From NCBI RefSeq assembly GCF_900079725.1, contig NZ_LT599032.1:1170871-1234870 (forward strand): DNA of 64,000 nucleotides. The letters are read 5' to 3'. Within the stretch, counting starts at the first letter, position 1; every line of letters starts with the position of its first letter. A program made the translations under genes and the position numbers. This DNA is from an uncultured Dysgonomonas sp. Its GTDB lineage: Bacteria > Bacteroidota > Bacteroidia > Bacteroidales > Dysgonomonadaceae. The notes beneath the pieces are model-generated. The model was given only the letters and a program-made list of their open reading frames with translations. It did not search any database and was not told the origin of the DNA. Positions 28,716-38,853 of this stretch are shown piece by piece.

Positions 28716-31700
28716 ATGGTTTCCTTCTTTCAAACCCCTTCCAAGAACATCATTGCTGTTCAAACAAACTCAAGTCTTAACGCCGATTTTATCCAACGCC
28801 TCACATGGGCATTCAGTGGTGCAACCTTGCTCGAAGCAGAAAATGTTCCGGGCTTTTTTGTTGGACCGCGCCGCGAAATGATTACACCATGGAGCACCAA
28901 TGCTGTGGAGATCACGCAGAATATGGGTATCGACGGAATCGTACGTATCGAGGAATTTTTTCCGGCAGATACAAACGATGCTAAACACGACCCGATGCTT
29001 CAACGCATCTATGACGGGCTTAATCAGGAAATATTCAATATTTACAAACAACCTGAACCCATTATCGAAATAGATGATATAGAAACATACAATAAGCAGG
29101 AAGGCCTTGCCCTTAGCGAAGATGAAATAGAATATCTGAACGAAGTAAGCAAAAGACTGAACAGGAAACTGACCGACAGCGAAGTATTCGGATTCTCACA
29201 GGTAAATTCGGAACATTGCCGTCACAAGATTTTCAACGGTACATTTATCATCGACGGAGAAGAAAAAGAAAGTTCGCTTTTCAAATTAATAAAGAAAACA
29301 TCGCAGGTAAACCCCAACAAGCTGGTATCGGCATACAAAGACAATGTAGCCTTCAGCCAGGGACCGGAGATAGAACAATTTGCACCGGAAAAAGGAGAAG
29401 AACCAAGCCTTTATCAGAAAAAAACAATCAAATCGGTTATCTCTCTGAAAGCCGAGACCCATAACTTCCCTACTACCGTAGAGCCTTTCAATGGCGCTGC
29501 TACCGGTTCGGGAGGTGAAATCCGTGACCGTCTGGGCGGAGGAAAGGCATCCCTGCCAATTGCGGGAACTGCCGTATATATGACATCCTACCCACGCACA
29601 AAAGCAGGTAAAGCATGGGAAGAAACTATGCCGGAGCGCCCTTGGCTATACCAAACACCGGAAGAAATACTTATCAAGGCATCGAACGGAGCGTCCGATT
29701 TCGGAAACAAATTCGGGCAACCGCTTATCTGCGGTTCCTTACTTACATTCGAGCATCAGGAAAACCAAAAGAAATTTGCATACGATAAAGTAATCATGCT
29801 TGCCGGTGGTGTCGGCTTTGCGAACAAACGCGACGCGCTGAAAGGCGAACCGAAACCTGGCGAAAAAGTGGTTATCCTCGGAGGAGACAATTATCGCATC
29901 GGTATGGGTGGAGGCGCTGTATCGTCAGTAGATACAGGACAATACTCAAGCGGTATAGAACTGAACGCCGTACAACGTGCCAATCCCGAAATGCAGAAAC
30001 GTACTGCAAATGTGATACGTGCATTGGCTGAGTCGGATAACAATCCGGTTGTCTCCATTCACGACCACGGTGCAGGAGGACACCTGAACTGTCTTTCGGA
30101 GCTTGTAGAAGCTACCGGAGGAAAAATAGACATATCCAAACTTCCTATCGGCGACCCTACCCTATCGTCAAAAGAAATTGTAGGAAATGAGAGCCAGGAA
30201 CGTATGGGCTTGCTTATCCCTGCCGACGCTGCCGACAGGATTAAACGCATTGCGGAACGCGAACGCTCTCCTATGTATGTTGTAGGAGAAACCACAAACG
30301 ATATGAAATTTGTTTTCGAACAGGCTGACGGCAAACGTCCTATCGACCTTAAACTGGAAGACTTCTTCGGAAAAGCGCCGAAAACAATCATGCGCGACGA
30401 GACAATCGACGAGGTTTATGCAAATCCTGAATATGATCTATCCAAACTGGAAGAATATATAAAGAACGTACTTCAACTGGAAGCTGTTGCCTGCAAAGAC
30501 TGGTTGACAAATAAAGTAGACCGTTCGGTTACAGGTAAGGTTGCACGCCAGCAAACACAGGGAGAAATCCAGTTGCCGCTAAGCGACCTTGGTGCTGTAG
30601 CCCTCGATTATAAAGGGAAGGCTGGTATCGCCACATCTATAGGTCATGCACCACAGGCTGCGATGGTAGACCCTGCTGCAGGTTCTGTACTGGCAATAGC
30701 CGAATCGTTGACTAACATCATCTTCGCCCCGATCGAGGATGGACTGAAAGGAATTTCATTGAGTGCAAACTGGATGTGGCCTTGCAAGAATCCGGGAGAA
30801 GACGCAAGATTATATAAAGCAGTAGAGGCTTGTTCAGAATTTGCCTGCGAACTGGGAATAAACATCCCGACAGGCAAAGACTCTCTGTCGATGACACAGA
30901 AATATGGAGATGACAAAGTATATTCACCGGGTACTGTGATTATATCGGCTGCGGGTGAAGTGAAAAATATCCGCAAGATCGTATCTCCGGTATTGGCATA
31001 TATCAAAGGTACTTACCTTTATTATATCGATTTTTCTTTCGACACCTTCAAACTTGGAGGTTCTGCTTTCGCTCAAACAATGAGCAAGCTGGGTGAAGAA
31101 GTTCCGACCGTGAAAGACCCTGAATATTTCAAAAACGCATTCAATGCAGTGCAGGAACTGATAGACAGGGGACTGGTACTTGCCGGACACGATATATCTG
31201 CCGGAGGACTTGTAACAGCCATGCTGGAAATGTGTTTTGCCAATCCGCAGGGAGGACTCGAAGCACGTCTCGACAAACTGCACCATGCAGACCTGATTAA
31301 AGTGTTATTCTCTGAAAATCCGGGTATCCTAATTCAGGTGAAACATCACCATCTGGTGGAAAAAATACTGGACGATTACGGTATTGGTTTCGCCATCGTT
31401 GCCCGCCCGATAGAAGAGCGCAAATTCGTTATCCAAAAGGATGCTTTCAGCCAGGAATTCAATATAGACGAACTGCGTGATGCATGGTATGAACCATCAT
31501 ACCTTCTCGATAGGAAGCAGAGCACCGAAAAACTGGCTTTAGAACGTTTCGAAAACTATAAGAAGCAACCGCTTCAATTCAAGTTCAACCCTTCGTTTTC
31601 AGGTAAATTTGCTCAATACGGAATCGACCCTAATAGAACTGCCCCAACAGGGTTGAAAGCTGCTGTTATACGCGAAAAAGGTACAAACAGCGAACGTGAA

Positions 31701-32408
31701 ATGGCTTATTCCCTCCATCTTGCCGGTTTTGACGTAAGGGACGTACATATGACCGATTTAGCTTCGGGACGTGAAACGTTGGAAGACATCAATCTGATTG
31801 TATTCTGCGGAGGATTTTCCAACTCGGATGTACTTGGTTCGGCAAAAGGATGGGCCGGTAGTTTTATCTACAACGATAGAGCAAAAGAGACCCTTCGTAA
31901 ATATTACGAACGCAAAGATACACTGAGCCTCGGAGTATGTAACGGTTGCCAGCTGATGATGGAACTCGACCTCATTTATCCCGAACATGACAAACACCCG
32001 AAAATGGAACACAACACATCGCATAAGTTCGAATCGACTTATGTAAGCGTAGAAATTCCACAGAATAACTCTGTTATGTTGGGTTCACTATCAGGTAGTA
32101 CATTGGGTATATGGTCAGTACATGGCGAAGGACGTTTTGCAATGCCGAAGTCTGAATCCGAGTATAATGTAGTTGCCAAATACATCTACAGTGAATATCC
32201 GGGAAATCCAAACGGTTCCGACTATAACGTCACCGGTGTTGTTTCGAAAGACGGACGCCATCTGGCAATGATGCCTCACCTCGAACGTTCTCTATTCCCT
32301 TGGCAATGCGGGCACCATCCTTTCGAACATCGTAAAGATGATTTTACTCCTTGGATGGAGGCATTTGTAAATGCAAGGGAGTGGGTGAAGAAAGTGAAAA
32401 GTGAATGA
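28716..32408 (+). CDS. purL: Phosphoribosylformylglycinamidine synthase (large single-chain)
   Basis: NSEHCRHKIFN, KAETHNFPT, HDHGAGG, GKDSLSM, GATase domain GVCNGCQ and MMPHLER. Confidence 0.97.
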   Translation: MVSFFQTPSKNIIAVQTNSSLNADFIQRLTWAFSGATLLEAENVPGFFVGPRREMITPWSTNAVEITQNMGIDGIVRIEEFFPADTNDAKHDPMLQRIYDGLNQEIFNIYKQPEPIIEIDDIETYNKQEGLALSEDEIEYLNEVSKRLNRKLTDSEVFGFSQVNSEHCRHKIFNGTFIIDGEEKESSLFKLIKKTSQVNPNKLVSAYKDNVAFSQGPEIEQFAPEKGEEPSLYQKKTIKSVISLKAETHNFPTTVEPFNGAATGSGGEIRDRLGGGKASLPIAGTAVYMTSYPRTKAGKAWEETMPERPWLYQTPEEILIKASNGASDFGNKFGQPLICGSLLTFEHQENQKKFAYDKVIMLAGGVGFANKRDALKGEPKPGEKVVILGGDNYRIGMGGGAVSSVDTGQYSSGIELNAVQRANPEMQKRTANVIRALAESDNNPVVSIHDHGAGGHLNCLSELVEATGGKIDISKLPIGDPTLSSKEIVGNESQERMGLLIPADAADRIKRIAERERSPMYVVGETTNDMKFVFEQADGKRPIDLKLEDFFGKAPKTIMRDETIDEVYANPEYDLSKLEEYIKNVLQLEAVACKDWLTNKVDRSVTGKVARQQTQGEIQLPLSDLGAVALDYKGKAGIATSIGHAPQAAMVDPAAGSVLAIAESLTNIIFAPIEDGLKGISLSANWMWPCKNPGEDARLYKAVEACSEFACELGINIPTGKDSLSMTQKYGDDKVYSPGTVIISAAGEVKNIRKIVSPVLAYIKGTYLYYIDFSFDTFKLGGSAFAQTMSKLGEEVPTVKDPEYFKNAFNAVQELIDRGLVLAGHDISAGGLVTAMLEMCFANPQGGLEARLDKLHHADLIKVLFSENPGILIQVKHHHLVEKILDDYGIGFAIVARPIEERKFVIQKDAFSQEFNIDELRDAWYEPSYLLDRKQSTEKLALERFENYKKQPLQFKFNPSFSGKFAQYGIDPNRTAPTGLKAAVIREKGTNSEREMAYSLHLAGFDVRDVHMTDLASGRETLEDINLIVFCGGFSNSDVLGSAKGWAGSFIYNDRAKETLRKYYERKDTLSLGVCNGCQLMMELDLIYPEHDKHPKMEHNTSHKFESTYVSVEIPQNNSVMLGSLSGSTLGIWSVHGEGRFAMPKSESEYNVVAKYIYSEYPGNPNGSDYNVTGVVSKDGRHLAMMPHLERSLFPWQCGHHPFEHRKDDFTPWMEAFVNAREWVKKVKSE

Positions 32409-32435
32409 GCCCCCTAAATCCCCCAAGGGGGACTT
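32408..32435 (+). repeat. CCCCCTAAATCCCCC-type REP
   Basis: AGCCCCCTAAATCCCCCAAGGGGGACTT; near-identical inverted copy at 27240-27267. Confidence 0.7.
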
Positions 32436-32526
32436 GCAATGAGAGTATAAGCTAAGATAATAAAAAGGCATGGGTTTACAGCCTGTGCCTTTTATCCTTA
32501 TAATTGTAAATCATATCCTTGCACCA

Positions 32527-34005
32527 ATGACTAAAAACAACGATACATCAACCTCTTTCTTTTCGTTACTGAAAGCGAAAGAGCAACGAATAGACTGGAT
32601 TATACTAATCCTTAGTTGTATAATCGGATATATCGTACTGAAAATATGCTATCCTTACCCTGCTACGATTTCCGATTCGGGTACGTATGTGCATGCGGCC
32701 GCTGAAGATATGTTTACTTTCTACCGCCCGTTCGGATATTCATACTTCCTGCAGATAGTGCATGCCATATCCGGCAGTATCCATGCGGTATTTATTGTAC
32801 AAACTATATTGTATTTCTTTTCGGTTGCAGCATTTTCCTTTGTATTGAAATATGTAATTCCGCCTATAAGCTCTATATTCTGGCGAATTCTGTTGTTTCT
32901 GTTTGTTTTCAGCCCGGTTGCGTTGTATATGTCGAATGCATTGATGAGCGACTTGCTGTTTGCCATAATGATCTATTTTATGCTGGCATCGTTCATCTAC
33001 TTTATCAAGATACAGGGATGGGTAGCACTTTGCCTGTTCGTCCTGTCATTATTCTTCGCTTTGCATATTCGCTATTCGGCCATTATGTTCCCTGTGCTGT
33101 TTGTATGCTTTTTCTTTATGGTAAAAGGAAAGATGCGCTGGATAGGCATAGCTATGACACTGGCCGTAACACTCATTTTTTACAATCAGGTAAAAAATGA
33201 CATGCGTAAAACTACGGGATTCAACCAGTTTTCGACAGGATTCGATGGATGGCAACTGGCAAACAACGCTATGCATGTAGTGCCTTACATAGACCTGAAG
33301 CCTGAAAAGATAAAAGACCCCGAAATGAGAATATTGCATCAGTATATGCTCACGCAAACCGATGTAATAAAAGAACGGACAAAAGACGGCTCGGAAGCCG
33401 TTGCCGCATTTATGTGGATAAACGACCTGCCGCTGAAGCAGTTTATGTTTTCATATATCCAGCAGACTAGACAAGGGTATTCACCTTCGTGGATATGGCT
33501 GGGAAGCCGCAATTACAAAGAATATGGCACTTATATTATCAGCCACTATCCTTTGCAGTTTGCACGATACTATTATCTGCCAAACAGTAAGGAAGTATTC
33601 TATCCCGACCACCACGAAATTATCGGGAAGTATTATCCTATAAATATGAAAAATGTATTGGAATGGTACAAAATTCCTGAGGATACTAATATGGATGCTA
33701 AATACACCCTTTATAGTGATTATTTAGATAAACCGATAACAATATCCTTCCTCATTACATGGCTTATTATCGCCGTAGCTGCTGTACTTTCCATAGTATG
33801 GAGAAAACAGTTGGTATGGGGAGAGAATGAGCGCAAGATATTCTGTATAATCGCCACAGTAGGAATAATATATTATGCTGCTACCACGTTTGCCAGTCCC
33901 GTTTCCACACGATTCTGGATACCGATGAACGCTGTTTTCTTCGGAGTTGTATATATATTGTACAATCGGATAATTACATATAAGAAAGGGAAGAATAAAG
34001 AATAA
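32527..34005 (+). CDS. Polytopic membrane protein, possibly GT-C glycosyltransferase-like
   Basis: Many TM helices, SDSGTY...RPFGYSYFL loop after TM1; start set at ATG 32527 because the upstream ATG lies in a terminator-like hairpin (32461-32494). Confidence 0.65.
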   Translation: MTKNNDTSTSFFSLLKAKEQRIDWIILILSCIIGYIVLKICYPYPATISDSGTYVHAAAEDMFTFYRPFGYSYFLQIVHAISGSIHAVFIVQTILYFFSVAAFSFVLKYVIPPISSIFWRILLFLFVFSPVALYMSNALMSDLLFAIMIYFMLASFIYFIKIQGWVALCLFVLSLFFALHIRYSAIMFPVLFVCFFFMVKGKMRWIGIAMTLAVTLIFYNQVKNDMRKTTGFNQFSTGFDGWQLANNAMHVVPYIDLKPEKIKDPEMRILHQYMLTQTDVIKERTKDGSEAVAAFMWINDLPLKQFMFSYIQQTRQGYSPSWIWLGSRNYKEYGTYIISHYPLQFARYYYLPNSKEVFYPDHHEIIGKYYPINMKNVLEWYKIPEDTNMDAKYTLYSDYLDKPITISFLITWLIIAVAAVLSIVWRKQLVWGENERKIFCIIATVGIIYYAATTFASPVSTRFWIPMNAVFFGVVYILYNRIITYKKGKNKE

Positions 34006-34045
34006 AAAATAAGGTGCAAGTATGATACTTGCACCTTATTTTTTT
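34004..34045. terminator. Bidirectional intrinsic terminator
   Basis: AAAAAATAAGGTGCAAGTA-tga-TACTTGCACCTTATTTTTT between convergent genes. Confidence 0.85.
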
Positions 34046-34063
34046 ATTACGGATATACCAAAG

Positions 34064-35230
34064 TTACTTCTTTGCACCAATCCATGTCGCCTTTTTCCAA
34101 ATATATTCCAATGGGCCATGCCTGTGCTTTTTCAGCCAGAAGTATGCAAATGTATACTGAATGGCAAAAATACCAAGCCCCACTAAGATGGAGAAAGTTA
34201 CCGATAATTCTTTAGCCAGCCCCAATCCCCAATTGTAAAATATAAATCCTCCTATTACAGATTGGGAAATATACATCGTCAAACTCATTTTTCCATAAGG
34301 CTCTAATTTAGACAACCACTTTCTGAAAGTACTTTTGTAATAGAAAAGCACGAATAAAGAAATGAGTATACACAAAAAAGCAAAAGACGAATAGCAACCA
34401 AGAACAATACTTAATTGATGCTGTACATTCGGGTTTTCGACAAACGTATTCATTATAGGGATAAGCCCTGCCAAAGGAAAGTAGCAGACGATACTTATCA
34501 TAAGCGTTTTACCCCAGAACCGGATATTTTTTTCAGTGTCAGCAAAGAGCCCCCTCCTACCTATCAGCATACCAAACAAGAACAATGCCGCTACCTGAAA
34601 TACACGGCCTTGGCATGTCCACCACAGGAAGCTATACAATTGGCTGTTGACAACGCCTGTAACCATATCCATAAAATTACCGCTCCTCATTACAGTCAGG
34701 GTTTGCAGATAGAAAGGAACATGTGGCTGCGCCTCGAGAGGTAATTCGGCATTGAACAGGTAAAAAATGACTTTGCCCCATTGCAGTGGCATTAAGAAAA
34801 AGAAAACAGCCAGAATTAACACTGTTCTATCTGCTAGCTTTGTGGTTATAATTAGTAAAAAACCAAGCATGGAAAACAGAATGAGGACATCCCCCGTATA
34901 AAATATAGAATTAATTACTCCCCAACCAAAAAGAAGTACCAACCGCCATGCAAACCTTCCCCTGAAGTCTTTCCCTTTCTGCAATTGATTATCATTCTGG
35001 ATGAAAAAACTCAACCCGAAAAGCAGGGCGAATATTGCATAAGCCTTTCCTGCAAAGAGAAAAGGTATGGAGTTATTGAAAACAGAATCGGAAAATAATA
35101 ACAACCGGTTTTCGACTGCCGGATAATCAAAAAGATTAAATTGTTCGAGGCTATGCATCATCAGAATCCCCAGAATGGCAAACCCTCTCAATGCATCAAC
35201 AACATTGATACGTGCTGTAGTATTTTTCAT
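34064..35230 (-). CDS. DUF418 (YeiB-like) membrane protein
   Basis: RINVVDALRGFAILGI, FALLFGLSF, GKMSLTMYISQS, GPLEYIWK. Confidence 0.9.
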   Translation of the reverse strand: MKNTTARINVVDALRGFAILGILMMHSLEQFNLFDYPAVENRLLLFSDSVFNNSIPFLFAGKAYAIFALLFGLSFFIQNDNQLQKGKDFRGRFAWRLVLLFGWGVINSIFYTGDVLILFSMLGFLLIITTKLADRTVLILAVFFFLMPLQWGKVIFYLFNAELPLEAQPHVPFYLQTLTVMRSGNFMDMVTGVVNSQLYSFLWWTCQGRVFQVAALFLFGMLIGRRGLFADTEKNIRFWGKTLMISIVCYFPLAGLIPIMNTFVENPNVQHQLSIVLGCYSSFAFLCILISLFVLFYYKSTFRKWLSKLEPYGKMSLTMYISQSVIGGFIFYNWGLGLAKELSVTFSILVGLGIFAIQYTFAYFWLKKHRHGPLEYIWKKATWIGAKK

Positions 35231-35389
35231 TATTATTGGGCTTTATATAGAAATAAAGTACAAAACTATTATAATTATTTAGAAACACAGCCTTTCCCCA
35301 TTATTATATTAATAGAAGTCCATCTATCTAATGATAAAATGATAAAGCGGAAAATCGTATATTTGCACTTTAAATAAATTGAATAATGT

Positions 35390-35800
35390 ATGGCAGAATC
35401 CATATTTGAATACAAATTGAAGGTGCGCGACTACGAATGCGATGCACAAGGCATAGTAAATAATGCCAATTACCAGCATTATTACGAAGTAGTGCGTCAC
35501 GAATTCCTGGAACAACACGGATTGAATTTCTATGAATTACATGAGCAAGGTATAGATGCAGTAGTAGTGAGTGTTTATATACGGTACAAACATTCCCTGC
35601 GCGGAGCCAACGACTTTGTATGCACTATCGATTCCATTGAAAAAGATGGCATCCGCTATATTTTCAATCAGAAAATCATTCGTCTGAAAGACAATAAAGT
35701 CTGCTCGACAGCGAGGGTAGAAACAGCCTGTATGGTAAACGGGAAAGTGGGAAAACCTGAATTATTCGATAAAGTTCTCGGACATTTGCTAACAAGCTAA
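35390..35800 (+). CDS. Acyl-CoA thioesterase (YbgC/4HBT-like), paralog 1
   Basis: VRDYECDAQGIVNNANYQHYYE hotdog-fold motif. Confidence 0.9.
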   Translation: MAESIFEYKLKVRDYECDAQGIVNNANYQHYYEVVRHEFLEQHGLNFYELHEQGIDAVVVSVYIRYKHSLRGANDFVCTIDSIEKDGIRYIFNQKIIRLKDNKVCSTARVETACMVNGKVGKPELFDKVLGHLLTS

Positions 35801-35810
35801 ACATAAAATT

Positions 35811-36221
35811 ATGGCTCTAACTTTTGAAAACAACATGAAAGTACGCGACTACGAATGCGATTCGCAAGGTGTAGTCAACAATGCCATCTACCTGCATTAC
35901 TTCGAAGCGACCCGCCACGAACTGATGGAAAAATGCGGTTTGCGATTGCGTGATCTTACTGAGGCTAATATTATCCCGGTTGTACGTAATGCAAATATCA
36001 ATTACAGGAATTCTTTGCGAGGTTCAGAACACTTCATTTGCTCTGTCAGCATAGAACGCAAAGGCGTCAGATATTACTTTCATCAACAAATAATCCGTGT
36101 GCCCGACAACACTTTATGCGCCAGCGCTGTTATAGAGGTAGTCTGTTTGATGGATGGTAAGGTTTCTGCGCCCGAAATGTTCGACAAAGCTTTTGCAGAT
36201 TACATAGATTGGAATAAATAA
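35811..36221 (+). CDS. Acyl-CoA thioesterase (YbgC/4HBT-like), paralog 2
   Basis: VRDYECDSQGVVNNAIYLHYFE. Confidence 0.9.
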   Translation: MALTFENNMKVRDYECDSQGVVNNAIYLHYFEATRHELMEKCGLRLRDLTEANIIPVVRNANINYRNSLRGSEHFICSVSIERKGVRYYFHQQIIRVPDNTLCASAVIEVVCLMDGKVSAPEMFDKAFADYIDWNK

Positions 36222-36282
36222 AGCCTCCCCAACTCCTCCAAGGACGGGCTAAAGTTAGTTTCTATAAAAAAATAAATATTTA

Positions 36283-36990
36283 ATGAGTAAAATTACGTTA
36301 TACATTGCCCGTCACGGCAAGACGATGATGAATACCCTCGACAGGGTACAGGGTTGGTGCGATTCACCGTTAACAAAAGAAGGGATAGATGTAGCCCGTT
36401 ATCTGGGTTACGGAATGAGCGATATAAATTTCCGTACTGCTTACTGCAGCGATCTGCGCAGGACTGTACAGACTACCAAGATAGTTCTGGGAGCCAAAGG
36501 ACAGGACGATATTCCTGTGATTGAGCTCGCGGGATTGCGCGAAGCATGCTTTGGTAGTTTCGAGGCTGACTTTAATCATCATATGTGGAACAGTGCCGCT
36601 TTATACCTCCACCACACATCTTCCGAAAGCATGATTAAAGCGATTATGGAGAAAGAAATCAGCTACCGGGAGGTACTCGATGCCGTCAAAAAACTGGATA
36701 AAATGGGCATGGCCGAAAACTTCTCCCAAGTAGAAGCACGCACACAGGAAAGCCTTCTCGAAATAGCAAAGAATGAGTCTCAGCACGGTGATGCTAATAT
36801 ATTGATTATCTCCCACGGAATGAGCATACTGGCTATGTTATTAGGCTTGGGAGGAGACAAATTATTCAAGAAGCCATTGGAAAATGCTGCTGTATGTAAA
36901 GTCATTTATCAGGATGGTAAGTTTACAGTGGAATCGATGGCAGATATGAGTTATGTGGAAAAAGGTAAAAAAGAAGCGGCTACAATATAA
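36283..36990 (+). CDS. Histidine phosphatase family protein
   Basis: LYIARHGKT, QGWCDSPLT, SDLRR, LREACFG, ISHG. Confidence 0.92.
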   Translation: MSKITLYIARHGKTMMNTLDRVQGWCDSPLTKEGIDVARYLGYGMSDINFRTAYCSDLRRTVQTTKIVLGAKGQDDIPVIELAGLREACFGSFEADFNHHMWNSAALYLHHTSSESMIKAIMEKEISYREVLDAVKKLDKMGMAENFSQVEARTQESLLEIAKNESQHGDANILIISHGMSILAMLLGLGGDKLFKKPLENAAVCKVIYQDGKFTVESMADMSYVEKGKKEAATI

Positions 36991-36996
36991 AAAACA

Positions 36997-37926
36997 ATGA
37001 AAAAAGTATATATAATAATATTTCTCGCCTTATCAAGTATTGCTCTGTTTGCGCAAAAAGAAACAATACCTACATTTGCATATGATAGTACAGCTAATTT
37101 CCTGGGCAAAAATGCAATGGGATACACCGGGCAGGAACTATATCTGAAAGGACTGGATAAATCGTCCCAATCTTTCGGATATAGCGGCTTTATACTGAAA
37201 TATAAGAAAGACGACGACCTGCTGAACGACGAAAAGAATATATATAAGCCGAACGACAATTACAATTCCCGTTACGAAGACCTGGCAGGAAAGTATTTTC
37301 ATGTAATAGAAGTGATTCGACACCCGAAATCAAAAACAGAAGTAAAAGATTATAGTGACGAATTCTATCTGAAATTACAAGAGTTATCGAGTGGAGATAT
37401 AATGTACTATAAATACAGCGCAGAATCTGAATATACATTTCCTTTTATAGTAAAAGGCTTCTTCGAAAAGCAGAAAGAATTACTCACCGGAAAAGAATAT
37501 GTAATATCGGACGATATATTAAGAATGTCGCGTAATCTGGTTACAAGCAAGTCTCTGACTTTCACCACCGGGCAGACATGGAAATGTACGGATGTGACAA
37601 TGGATAATACAACTAATGAACTTTCATTGGTTCTGCAAAATGCAAAGGGTATAAAAACAGTTGTCCCCTATTCTGTTACACTAAATAATGAGAGTATAAA
37701 GAAAGTATATACCACAGCTGAAGCCTCAGCACTGACAAGAAAATATAATGCAAATAATTTTCGCCGTATCCTGCAAAACAAAATAAGGGTTGGGATGACA
37801 AAGGAAATGACCCGTCTGGCATGGGGTGAGCCTACTGAAATAAAAGAAAGCGGAAATACCGAACAATGGTTTTATCCTGCCGGAAACCTGACTTTCAGAG
37901 GAGATAAAATTACGAGTACAAAATAA
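36997..37926 (+). CDS. Hypothetical secreted protein
   Basis: Signal peptide; C-terminal IRVGMTKEMTRLAWGEP..EQWFY motif. Confidence 0.75.
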   Translation: MKKVYIIIFLALSSIALFAQKETIPTFAYDSTANFLGKNAMGYTGQELYLKGLDKSSQSFGYSGFILKYKKDDDLLNDEKNIYKPNDNYNSRYEDLAGKYFHVIEVIRHPKSKTEVKDYSDEFYLKLQELSSGDIMYYKYSAESEYTFPFIVKGFFEKQKELLTGKEYVISDDILRMSRNLVTSKSLTFTTGQTWKCTDVTMDNTTNELSLVLQNAKGIKTVVPYSVTLNNESIKKVYTTAEASALTRKYNANNFRRILQNKIRVGMTKEMTRLAWGEPTEIKESGNTEQWFYPAGNLTFRGDKITSTK

Positions 37927-37979
37927 GTAACTGTTACTAAGTTCCAATTACTTAAAACTGTATATTTAAATATAGATAG

Positions 37980-38849
37980 ATGGATAAGACCCAGACAGCT
38001 CAAAAGGCATCTATTTTTAGTATAATAGGTAATACTCTTTTAGCGGTATGTAAATGGCTGGCCGGATATTTTGGAAATTCCTATGCCCTGATTGCCGACG
38101 CTATTGAATCCACCGCCGATATATTTTCTTCCATCCTCGTTCTCTTAGGCTTAAAGTATGCAAGTAAACCTGCCGATGAAGATCATCCTTACGGGCATGG
38201 CCGTATAGAGCCGCTTGTAACATTTGCTGTTGTTGGTTTTCTTATCGTTTCGGCTACAATTATTGCTATTGAAAGTATAGAGAATATACGCACACCTCAC
38301 GAAGGCCCCAAACTATTTACATTATTCGTATTGGGAGCAATTATATTATGGAAAGAGGCTTCTTACAGATGGGTAATAAGAAAAGCAAAACAAACAGACA
38401 GCACATCTCTCAAAGCCGATGCCTGGCATCACCGCAGCGATGCTATTACTTCTGTCGCGGCTTTTATAGGAATATCCATCGCTATTTATAAAGGAGAAGG
38501 GTATGAATCAGCTGACGATTGGGCTGCATTATTCGCAGCATTTATTATTCTCTATAATAGCTATCGCATACTGAAACCCGCATGGGGAGAAATGATGGAT
38601 AAAGATATGTATACAGATATGGCCAACGATATCAGCAACTTTTCCAAAATGGTAGACGGTGTGGTAAATACCGAAAAGTGCCACATCCGCAAAACGGGAA
38701 TGTCTTACTATGTAGATTTACACATCATTGTGGATAAGAACATTACAGTAAAAGAGGGTCATGACATAGCCCACGAACTTAAGCGCAGGCTAATAACCCA
38801 CAAGCCGGAAATAGCTGATATACTCATACATGTAGAGCCTTCAAGATAA
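37980..38849 (+). CDS. Cation diffusion facilitator family transporter
   Basis: SYALIADAIES, PADEDHPYGHGRIE, ADAWHHRSD, HVEP. Confidence 0.93.
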   Translation: MDKTQTAQKASIFSIIGNTLLAVCKWLAGYFGNSYALIADAIESTADIFSSILVLLGLKYASKPADEDHPYGHGRIEPLVTFAVVGFLIVSATIIAIESIENIRTPHEGPKLFTLFVLGAIILWKEASYRWVIRKAKQTDSTSLKADAWHHRSDAITSVAAFIGISIAIYKGEGYESADDWAALFAAFIILYNSYRILKPAWGEMMDKDMYTDMANDISNFSKMVDGVVNTEKCHIRKTGMSYYVDLHIIVDKNITVKEGHDIAHELKRRLITHKPEIADILIHVEPSR

Positions 38850-38853
38850 GCCT

